Source: Chloroflexota bacterium | Lineage (GTDB): Bacteria > Chloroflexota > Anaerolineae > Anaerolineales > VGOW01 | DNA: 64,000 nt | Assembly (NCBI GenBank): GCA_016213135.1 | Contig: JACRBQ010000035.1 | Span: 149,722-213,721 of the forward strand | Reading direction: 5' to 3' | In this document: one piece after another, positions 45,259 through 53,004 of the stretch | How the letters are laid out: each line of letters begins with the position of its first letter | Position numbering within the stretch: position 1 is the stretch's first letter | Position numbers and translations under genes: made by a program | Notes under the pieces: generated by a model | The model's database searches: none | Seen by the model: only the letters and a program-made list of their open reading frames with translations | What the model was told of the DNA's origin: nothing

Positions 45259-47274
45259 TCAATCCCCGCCATACAGCGCCTCGGCCGTCACTGCGGGCCG
45301 GGCGAACAATTCCCTGATCCGCGCATCGCCACTGCTCCCGAACTTCGCAGCATCGTAGACGGGCAGGCCAAGCGAGGCGCGTTTGGCGTCGATATGCGCC
45401 AAGGTCTTTGCCAGCATTTCTTCATCGGAGGTCACAAACTCCATCTTGCCGCCGAGGGCTTTCTCCCATGTCTCGGTCATAATGCGCACCACTTCGTCGC
45501 TCGCGCCCACGGGCGAGTCGATGCCGAAGATGACCGAGGCGCCGGAGGCCGCCGCATACACCCCAATGGCCAGCGCCTTCTCGCTCATCCACTCCGGCGC
45601 CAGGCCCACGGCGGGGACGTCGGAGATGTCGTCGCCCAGGCCGCCTTCCGCCGCCATTTGCGTGAGCACGGTGAGGATGCGTGTGTTATCCACGCACGAC
45701 CCCATGTGCAGCACAGGCGGCATGCCGGTGGCCTCGCACACCTCGCGCAGGCCCGGCCCGGCAAACTCCAGCGCCGCCTCGCCCACCGAGTAACCGTACT
45801 TGGCCGCCGCGAGCGCGCCGCAGCCCGTTTGCACCACCAGCACGTCGTTCTTCAACAGTTCGCGCACCAGGAATTCGTGCGATTTGTCCTGCGTGGCGCG
45901 CGGGTTGTTGCAGCCCACGTCGGCGGCCACGCCCCGGATGCGCCCGGACATGATGGCATCGTTGAGCGGGCGGAACGAGGGGCGGTAGGTGCCGCCGAGC
46001 ATGTAGTTGATGTACTCCTGCGAGAAGCCGGGGATGATGTCGTTGGTGATGTCGGGGATGGTGATGGCGCCGCGGTTGGGGTAGTTGTCGATGGCGACCT
46101 TGACGATCTCGCGCGCCTGATCGAGCGCCCTGTGCTCGTCGAACTCCATGTGCAGCCCGCCGGCGATCTTCACCTTGGGTGAGGTGGTGATGAACTTGGT
46201 GTGAAACTTGTCGGCCAGGTTGGGCAGGGCTTGCATGATGCACTGCACGTCCACCACCATGGCTTCCACCGCGCCCGTGAGCAGGGCCAATTCCTGATGG
46301 AGGAAATTGCCCGCCGAGGGCACGCCCTGCCGCAGCAGAATCTCGTTCGAGGTACAGCAGATGCCTGCGAGGTTGATGCCCTTCGCGCCTTTGCTCTCGG
46401 CATATTGGATCATCTCCGGTTCGCCGGCCGCGCGGACGATCATCTCGGACAGGGTAGGCTCGTGGCCGTGGAGGACGATGTTGACCTCGTCGTCCTTGAG
46501 CACGCCCAGGTTGACCTGGCCCACACGCGGCGACGGCGTGCCGAAGAGGATATCCGAAAGGTCGGTGGCGATCATCGAGCCGCCCCAGCCATCAGACAAC
46601 GCGCAGCGAATGGCGCCTTTGAGGATATGCTCCGCCTCCTGATCGTCGCCCATGTGGGTGCGATGCAGCACGTCCACCACTTCGCGGTCAATGCCGCGCG
46701 GCACCACGCCGTATTTCTTCCACAGTTCCTGCCGTTTCTTTGGCGCAGTCTTGATGTAGATCAGTTCGCCGGTCTGCTGGCCGAACTGGGCGATGGCTTT
46801 GTTGGCAACATCCCTGGCGATGTCGTTGACGGCGCGCTTGTCGGTGGGGATGCCAAACTTGCGGGCGACGGCCATCAACTTGGTCACGTCGCGAACTTCG
46901 TAGCCCTGCGCCTGCCCCTCGGCGGCGGCCAGCAGCGTAAAAGCCACGTCGCGCCCGTGGTCCGAGTGAGCGGCCGAACCGGCGGCCACGGCGCGGGCCA
47001 GGTTACGGGCGGCAATGGTTTCCACCGTGGCGCCGCACACGCCTACCTGCCCATCTTTGGTAAGGCGGCACGGGCCCATAAAGCAATTCTTGCAGCAAAT
47101 GCCTGCGGACGAGCCGATGCCGATGGGGCAGGCGGCCATCACCTCGGCGCGTGTGAAGGCCGTGCTCAGGCTCAGCTCATCGGCGCGGATGAGCATTTGC
47201 TGGGCGGCAGGATCAATGCTGCGTTGTGCGTTGGTGCGGGTTCTAGCCATCGTTCGCTCCTTGTTGGGATTCAA
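45259..47274 (-). CDS. cooS: Anaerobic carbon-monoxide dehydrogenase catalytic subunit
   Basis: GICCKNCFMGPCRL, HGHEP, CCTSNE, GSCVDN contexts. Alternative start MARTRT at 47250. Confidence 0.92.
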   Translation of the reverse strand: MNPNKERTMARTRTNAQRSIDPAAQQMLIRADELSLSTAFTRAEVMAACPIGIGSSAGICCKNCFMGPCRLTKDGQVGVCGATVETIAARNLARAVAAGSAAHSDHGRDVAFTLLAAAEGQAQGYEVRDVTKLMAVARKFGIPTDKRAVNDIARDVANKAIAQFGQQTGELIYIKTAPKKRQELWKKYGVVPRGIDREVVDVLHRTHMGDDQEAEHILKGAIRCALSDGWGGSMIATDLSDILFGTPSPRVGQVNLGVLKDDEVNIVLHGHEPTLSEMIVRAAGEPEMIQYAESKGAKGINLAGICCTSNEILLRQGVPSAGNFLHQELALLTGAVEAMVVDVQCIMQALPNLADKFHTKFITTSPKVKIAGGLHMEFDEHRALDQAREIVKVAIDNYPNRGAITIPDITNDIIPGFSQEYINYMLGGTYRPSFRPLNDAIMSGRIRGVAADVGCNNPRATQDKSHEFLVRELLKNDVLVVQTGCGALAAAKYGYSVGEAALEFAGPGLREVCEATGMPPVLHMGSCVDNTRILTVLTQMAAEGGLGDDISDVPAVGLAPEWMSEKALAIGVYAAASGASVIFGIDSPVGASDEVVRIMTETWEKALGGKMEFVTSDEEMLAKTLAHIDAKRASLGLPVYDAAKFGSSGDARIRELFARPAVTAEALYGGD

Positions 47275-48076
47275 CGCGCCCCATCGGTTGGAAGTAGGGC
47301 GGCGGTTCCAAATAGTCTTTGATTTCCGCTTTTACTGCATCGCGCACTAAGTTTCCTGAGACGTGCATCAGGGTGTCGCCGTAATCGGCATCTTGATTCA
47401 TGCCGGCGAGGCAGGGGAAGTGATGATGCAACATGCCAGCCTCGAATTCGGCCTCGGCCACAGGGCAACCCACCAGCCCCTGGGCCACATGTTTCCCACA
47501 ACCACAGGCCGAGTCTCGGGCCACCTCCACGTTGCTCACGCGCCGGTCGCCGTCCACGGAGATTTTGAACTGCGGTTGGCCGAAGTGGCGCGCGAACTGC
47601 CGGATGGCCGGGTGGGTGTAGGCCACGGTGAGCGGCGGTTGGTTGAAGGTAGTTTCGGTGAGGCTGCAAAACGGTTTGGGAAACACGCCGGCGATTCCCA
47701 TATCGGTGAGCCAGGCTTGCAGTTGGGAGGCCAGCCCCGGCGGCAGGCTTTCGTTGCGGTCGACGGGGGCGATCACGGCAGCCGCCCCGGCGAGCCGGGC
47801 CACGTCGGGGATGAGTTGTGCCACGGCAGGTGTTTCGCCCAGGGCCAGGATGAGGGTGGCGGCGGGAAGGGTGGGGGGCAGGAAGTCTGCCGGATCGTCA
47901 ATCACCAGCGGCAGGGCGCGCGGAGCAGCCCATCGTTTCACGGTCCACGAAGGCGGATGAAATCGACCGATATGCTCGGCTATACGTTCGCCCCATTGAC
48001 CTTGCGTCACGGCAAGGACGCGCAATGCCAGGTCGTCGGTGAAGAAGGCTGCGGCTGCCATGCTGCTCCCGAACAT
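47243..48076 (-). CDS. DUF166-like Cys/His-rich protein translationally coupled to cooS
   Basis: 277 aa. DSACGCGKHV and HHHFPCLAG motifs. The family assignment is from memory. Overlaps the cooS start by 8-32 bp. Confidence 0.5.
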   Translation of the reverse strand: MFGSSMAAAAFFTDDLALRVLAVTQGQWGERIAEHIGRFHPPSWTVKRWAAPRALPLVIDDPADFLPPTLPAATLILALGETPAVAQLIPDVARLAGAAAVIAPVDRNESLPPGLASQLQAWLTDMGIAGVFPKPFCSLTETTFNQPPLTVAYTHPAIRQFARHFGQPQFKISVDGDRRVSNVEVARDSACGCGKHVAQGLVGCPVAEAEFEAGMLHHHFPCLAGMNQDADYGDTLMHVSGNLVRDAVKAEIKDYLEPPPYFQPMGRVESQQGANDG

Positions 48077-48386
48077 GCGGAACTAATAAGATTTGCGTAA
48101 GCATAGCCGGAGGAAAATGATTGAGTTAGTGGAGTAAGTCACGTGTTTGGGAGGTCACCCGTCACGGGGGCTTGTGATGCGGTGAGGGTGATGAGTCGTG
48201 GCCTCTACCTCGAGGGAGCGCATCCGGTGAGGCCCGTCGGCTCGCGTGCTGCCGGCTTGCGCGATGCGGCGCGTTTGAATGCAATGACGGCAGCGGGCGA
48301 GTCAACGCGGCGCGATGTTTGTTACGCCAGCATCGCGCCGGGTTGACGAATGATTCGATCAATGGCGCACGGAATACGGATTCGCT

Positions 48387-48854
48387 CTACGCTCGCACGG
48401 CGGCGAGTTGAATGCGAGTGAAGTGCAGCCGCTCGAGGGCAGCTTTGGCTAATTGCCGCATCAGCGCGTATCCGAGGGCGCAGTCCACTTCGCACAGCGC
48501 GCGCAGGGCGGGGCCGTTGACTTTGAGAATTCTGCCGGGCTTGGCCGTGCGCGCCGCGGCGCTGAAAATGTGCGGCTCGATGAGCGCCGAGATGCCAAAC
48601 GGTTCGCCGGGGTTGATTTCGCCGACCAGGATTTCGCCCGGAGCAGGATGCCCGCTAGTAACACGCGGCGTGAAGTAGAGATCGACGCTGCCATCGAGCA
48701 GCAGGTACAGGTCGCTGGCTGGGTCGCCTTCTTCGAAGATCACCGCGCCGCCCTCACAGGCGGCTTCTTCGGCGATCATGGCCAGGGCCTTTCGTTGGGC
48801 GTCCGTGAGGAAACTGAAGAACGGATAGCGCCGCAGTATTTCAGGTGAGATCAT
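48387..48854 (-). CDS. Stand-alone cyclic-nucleotide-binding domain protein
   Basis: FEEGDPASDLYLLLDGSVDL..GEPFGISALIEP..ARTAKPGRIL. Confidence 0.75.
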   Translation of the reverse strand: MISPEILRRYPFFSFLTDAQRKALAMIAEEAACEGGAVIFEEGDPASDLYLLLDGSVDLYFTPRVTSGHPAPGEILVGEINPGEPFGISALIEPHIFSAAARTAKPGRILKVNGPALRALCEVDCALGYALMRQLAKAALERLHFTRIQLAAVRA

Positions 48855-48887
48855 GGTTCCTCCAATGGGCCGCTAACCGGCGCCCGA

Positions 48888-49340
48888 TCAGTTGACCGCC
48901 GCCAATACCCTCTCGACGACGGCAGGCAGTGCGGCGGACACTGCCGGAGAGCACTGCTCGCAAAAATCCAGAACGTTGGCGGCTTCAACGGCGATGATGC
49001 GGATGTCGTCCGGTATCTTTAAGTGCATCTCCCGCCCCATTTGCAGCGCGGTCGGCAGGCTCACGTCGTGAGACGAGGCCGTGTGTTGAGTCGGCAGATC
49101 GTCCGGGCCGAGCCGCAGAATGGTACCCGGCGGATGCGTGCCGGTGCAAATCGCGTCTATCAGAATCGCCTTGTCGTAGCCGACGAGCCGTTCCATCAGC
49201 CGCAGGCCGCCCCAGTATTCCTCGTCAACTTCGATGGCCGAGCCGGGCGGCAGGCGTTGGCGCACCAGCGCGGCCACGCGCAAGCCGAGGGCGTCGTCGC
49301 CGAGAATGGGATTGCCGAGGCCGAGAATGAGGGTTTTCAT
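48888..49340 (-). CDS. [NiFe]-hydrogenase maturation endopeptidase
   Basis: MKTLILGLGNPILGDDALG.., ILIDAI, SSHDVSLP. Confidence 0.85.
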   Translation of the reverse strand: MKTLILGLGNPILGDDALGLRVAALVRQRLPPGSAIEVDEEYWGGLRLMERLVGYDKAILIDAICTGTHPPGTILRLGPDDLPTQHTASSHDVSLPTALQMGREMHLKIPDDIRIIAVEAANVLDFCEQCSPAVSAALPAVVERVLAAVN

Positions 49341-49380
49341 GGCGTGGTGTTGTATTGAGAGAGTCTGCTCCTCGCGCCTG

Positions 49381-49596
49381 TTATTCTTTGCCTTCGTATT
49401 TGAAAGAGACTTTGATCTTGGCGCGATACGCGACCACTTTCCCGTCTTCGATCTGCATATCCAGTTCGACCACTTCGGCGATGCGAAGCTCGCGCAACGA
49501 TTGTGCTGCGCGATTCACGGCGGCGGCTGCCGCCTTCTCCCACGACTCGGGGCTGGTGCCGACCAACTCGATCACTTTGTAGACACTATCGGGCAT
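49381..49596 (-). CDS. Dodecin-family flavin-binding protein
   Basis: 71 aa. VYKVIELVGTSPESWEKAA..AV..A..SLRELRIAEVVELDMQIEDGKVVAYRAKIKVSF. Confidence 0.8.
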   Translation of the reverse strand: MPDSVYKVIELVGTSPESWEKAAAAAVNRAAQSLRELRIAEVVELDMQIEDGKVVAYRAKIKVSFKYEGKE

Positions 49597-49686
49597 GACT
49601 GCCTCCTTATCTTCAGGTGGCGATGGTGAGCAGACTCTCTCACGACTATTGTAAGAGCAATCTGCTCAAATTGATCCGCCGACTTT

Positions 49687-49713
49687 TAGAGACGTTCCAC
49701 CGGAACGTCTCTA
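49687..49713. repeat. GAGACG-type palindromic element, intergenic
   Basis: tagagacgttcc acc ggaacgtctcta. Same arms as the inner hairpin at 32326-32350. Confidence 0.9.
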
Positions 49714-49751
49714 CAGGAAGCCCTTCCCGGAGGACGCGGGGTTCTTTCTCG

Positions 49752-51218
49752 TCAGCAATACTGCTTCAGTACGTCCACAATCTCACCCCGCGCATTTCGA
49801 ATGATGACCTCCAGCGGCATCTGCCCGGGCAAGCTGTGGGTGGCGCAGCCGAAGCACGGGTCGTAGGCGCGGAAGGCCATCTCCACCCGGTTGAGCGCGC
49901 CCTCGGTGACCACCGCGCCCTTGTGGATGAAGGCCTGGGCGGCTTTCTTGATGGTCATGCTGATGGGCGCGTAGTTGTTGGTCGTGCCGACGATCAGATT
50001 CACTTTCGTCAAAATGCCACGCTCGTCCGTCTGGTAGTGGTGGGTGAGTGTGCCGCGCGGGGCCTCCACGATGCCCACCCCCTCGGTCGGTTTCTCGGTG
50101 GGAATGGTGCGGTAGTTGTCCGAGGTGATCTCCGGGTCGGTGGCCAGCTCCACCCAGCGCTCGGCGGCGTAAAGCAGTTCGATGAGCCGCGCCCAGTGGG
50201 TGGCGAGGCGTTGATGCACCGGCTTGCCGCCCAGGGTGCTGTAAAACTTATCGTATTCCTCCTGCGCCCGCGGCGTGGCCATGCCATCGGCGGCGTTGAG
50301 GCGCGAGAGCGGCGTGGCGGCGTACACGCCGGAGTCCTTGCCGTCCACCAATCCCTTCCAGCCGATCTTCTTGAGATACGTGAACTTGAGATACGACCAC
50401 GGCTCGACGCGCTCGGCAATCCAATCGGTATATTCGCTGGCCGCGTACTTGCCGATGCGCTTGCCCTCCGGGTCCACCACGCTCACCCGCCCGTCGTAGA
50501 AATTCACGCGGTTGTTTTCGTCCACCGTGCCGATGTAGTACGTGTGGTGGGTGTACGCGTCTCCGAGAATCAGGTCCACGTAGGCTTTGTTGCCCAGCAC
50601 AATATCGTTGAAGAGCTTGAGGCTGAATTGCGCGAACTCAATGGCCCAGCGGCCCATCTGCTCGATTTCCGCGCGCTGCTCGGCGGTGATGCCTTTCGTC
50701 AGCCCGCCGGGGATGGAGGTGCACGGGTGCACCTTGCGCCCCCCGATCATCTCCACCACCGTGTGGCCGTATTTGCGGCACTGGATGACCTTGCCGCCGA
50801 TCTCCAATCCCACCTTGTGAATCACGCCGAGGATGTTGCGCTCGGCCACGGGCGCATCGGGGCCCATCACAAAATCCGGGCCGCCCAGCGCGTAGAAGTG
50901 GGTGGTGTGGTCGGTGACGTAGAAGGCGCTGTAGAGCAGTTCGCGCAGTTTCTTCGCCGTGGGCGGCGGGTCAACGTGATACACCGCGTCGGCGGCCTTG
51001 GCCGCGGCCATGTGGTGGGCTTCGGGGCATACGCCGCAAATGCGGTTGGTGAGGATGGGCATCTCTTCCACCGGCCGCCCCACGCAGAACTGCTCGAAGC
51101 CGCGCAGCTCGGGAATCTGGAAATAGGTGTTGGCAACGTCGCCCGCTTCGTCGAGGAATATCTCGATTTTGCCGTGGCCTTCGAGGCGGGTGATGGGGTC
51201 AATCGTAATCCGTTGCAT
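49752..51218 (-). CDS. mvhA: F420-non-reducing (group 3c, Mvh-type) [NiFe]-hydrogenase large subunit
   Basis: RLEGHG, RICGVCPEAHH, C-terminal DPCFGCATH (Cys, not Sec). Confidence 0.9.
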   Translation of the reverse strand: MQRITIDPITRLEGHGKIEIFLDEAGDVANTYFQIPELRGFEQFCVGRPVEEMPILTNRICGVCPEAHHMAAAKAADAVYHVDPPPTAKKLRELLYSAFYVTDHTTHFYALGGPDFVMGPDAPVAERNILGVIHKVGLEIGGKVIQCRKYGHTVVEMIGGRKVHPCTSIPGGLTKGITAEQRAEIEQMGRWAIEFAQFSLKLFNDIVLGNKAYVDLILGDAYTHHTYYIGTVDENNRVNFYDGRVSVVDPEGKRIGKYAASEYTDWIAERVEPWSYLKFTYLKKIGWKGLVDGKDSGVYAATPLSRLNAADGMATPRAQEEYDKFYSTLGGKPVHQRLATHWARLIELLYAAERWVELATDPEITSDNYRTIPTEKPTEGVGIVEAPRGTLTHHYQTDERGILTKVNLIVGTTNNYAPISMTIKKAAQAFIHKGAVVTEGALNRVEMAFRAYDPCFGCATHSLPGQMPLEVIIRNARGEIVDVLKQYC

Positions 51219-51223
51219 GGGAC

Positions 51224-51469
51224 TTAGCCTCCCGGTTTGCTTGTGCTGTGAATCTCTTCGACGAAGTGCGCCCGCGCTTCCATCTCCATCAATTTGGTCG
51301 AAGCATACAACGAGGCCTCCTTCATCAGACGAGTCACTTCGTCTTCCGGCAACTCGTGCAGCTTCTCATAGCTGTAACCCTGGCTGCGCAGATACTCGGC
51401 GATGAACGCCATTTCGAGCTGAGCATGAGGGTCTTCCATTCGGGGGGTGTCCGGCATTTCAGGGTTCAT
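51224..51469 (-). CDS. Conserved-looking small acidic ORF wedged between mvhG and mvhA
   Basis: 81 aa from MNPEMPDTPRMEDPHAQLEMAFIAEYLRSQGYSYEKLHELPEDEVTRLMKEASLYAS.. Overlaps the mvhG end by 11 bp and stops 5 bp before mvhA. I recognise no family. Confidence 0.45.
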   Translation of the reverse strand: MNPEMPDTPRMEDPHAQLEMAFIAEYLRSQGYSYEKLHELPEDEVTRLMKEASLYASTKLMEMEARAHFVEEIHSTSKPGG

Positions 51470-52469
51470 GTGCCACCTTGCTCTTTCGCGGCAGCCTGCC
51501 GGCCCGCAGCAACGACCCGCCCATGTTGAACCGGTAGAATGCGCCCGCCGGATCGGGGATGCCATCCAGAATGCGCTCGATCTCGGCCGGGTTTGTGCTG
51601 TCGATTACCGAGGCCACGGCCGTCATCAACCGCGCGCCGTAATCCAACACGCCTTCTGCCGGGCCGTAACAGCCCACGCACAGCGCGCCGGCCATCGGGC
51701 ACAGCGCGCCGCACCCGCTGCGCGTGGCCGGGCCGTTGCACAGCAGGCCCTGCTCCAACAGGCACAGCGCCGGGTCGGGCTGCACATCCTGAATGCGCAC
51801 GAACTGCGTAATCTTTTTCTCATTGCGCGCCCGCTTGCACTCGTCGCACACCGTGGAGTCGCCCGCGCCGATGACCGCGCCGGGCGGCGGCAGGGCGGCC
51901 TTCCCGCCGAGCACTTGCAGAACCAGATCGATCACCGCCGCGATCTGTGGCGACTCCGGCGGGCAGCCCGGCATGTAGTAATCCACCGGCACAACCTGGT
52001 TGAGAGTCTTGACGGCAGGATAGAACTCCGGGATGTGCAGTTGCCCTTCGGGGGCGGCCCATTGTGGTTGCGGGCGCACCCCTTGCGGGTTGTCGGTGGA
52101 GGGGCCGTCGTAAGCGGCGTCGAAGAGGGCCTGCGAAGTGCCGAGGTTGGCGAGCGAGGGCAAACCGCCCTGGCAGGCGCACGATCCGAAGGCGACCAGA
52201 ATCTGCGACTTGCGCCGCAGCAAACGGGCGATGGCCTCGTTCTCGCTGTTGCGTATGGCGCCGTTGAACAGGGTAAGCAATATGGAGCCATCGGGCATGG
52301 CTTCCACGTCTTTGTATTTCGCGTCCATGGCCACCGGCCAGAATACAATTTCAAAATTCGCATCCACGTCGAGAATCTTTTCGTGAATGTTGAGGACGGC
52401 GATCTCGCACCCGCCGCAGGCCGCGGCCCAATACATGGCGAACTTGGGTTTTGAACCGTTCTCGCTCAT
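51459..52469 (-). CDS. mvhG: Mvh-type [NiFe]-hydrogenase small subunit
   Basis: FAMYWAAACGGCEIAVL, GSCACQGG, GCPP, distal FeS Cys clusters. Confidence 0.9.
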   Translation of the reverse strand: MSENGSKPKFAMYWAAACGGCEIAVLNIHEKILDVDANFEIVFWPVAMDAKYKDVEAMPDGSILLTLFNGAIRNSENEAIARLLRRKSQILVAFGSCACQGGLPSLANLGTSQALFDAAYDGPSTDNPQGVRPQPQWAAPEGQLHIPEFYPAVKTLNQVVPVDYYMPGCPPESPQIAAVIDLVLQVLGGKAALPPPGAVIGAGDSTVCDECKRARNEKKITQFVRIQDVQPDPALCLLEQGLLCNGPATRSGCGALCPMAGALCVGCYGPAEGVLDYGARLMTAVASVIDSTNPAEIERILDGIPDPAGAFYRFNMGGSLLRAGRLPRKSKVAHEP

Positions 52470-52936
52470 GCCGGCACCTCCTCTTTCAAGGATGAAGGAT
52501 GGGGGCTGAAGGCTGGAACTTCAACCTTCCCCCAATTCAACGGCCCCAAGGCCCGCACTTCCTCAACCATGGCCGTGATCTCCTGCGCCAGCCTCGCGCC
52601 CTCGGCGGCGCTGGCCCATACCAGCTTCACCCGCTGCGGCTCGATGCCCATCTGAGTCAACATGCGCCGCAACAGCAGGAAGCGCCGCATCGCTTTGTAG
52701 TTCTGCTCGAGGTAATGGCACTCGCCGGGGTGGCAGCCCGTAATCATCACGCCGTCGGCCCCCGAGGCCAGGGCTTGTAGCACGAAGGTCGGGTCCAGCC
52801 GCCCCGAGCACATCAGCCGGATGAGCCGGATGTTGGGCGGATACTTGATCCGCGCAGTGCCGGCCAGATCGGCGGCGCGGTAACTGCACCAGTTGCAGGT
52901 GAAGCCGATGATGACAGGCTCGAATTGCTCAGTCAT
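52466..52936 (-). CDS. mvhD: Methyl-viologen-reducing hydrogenase delta subunit
   Basis: IIGFTCNWCSY..LMCSGRLD..GADGVMITGCHPGECHY. The C-terminal tail AFSPHPSSLKEEVPA is encoded by a heptamer-repeat patch at 52489-52527. Confidence 0.9.
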   Translation of the reverse strand: MTEQFEPVIIGFTCNWCSYRAADLAGTARIKYPPNIRLIRLMCSGRLDPTFVLQALASGADGVMITGCHPGECHYLEQNYKAMRRFLLLRRMLTQMGIEPQRVKLVWASAAEGARLAQEITAMVEEVRALGPLNWGKVEVPAFSPHPSSLKEEVPA

Positions 52937-52955
52937 TGTCTTCCTCCCGTGCGCT

Positions 52956-53004
52956 GAAACGTGAAGCGTGAAGCGTGAGGCTTACGGTTCACGCGTCACG
53001 TTTC
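52956..53004 (-). repeat. 17-bp-stem hairpin of heptamer units between hdrA stop and mvhD start
   Basis: gaaacgtgaagcgtgaa (52956-52972) pairs with ttcacgcgtcacgtttc (52988-53004) with one mismatch. The right arm contains the hdrA stop codon. Confidence 0.85.
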
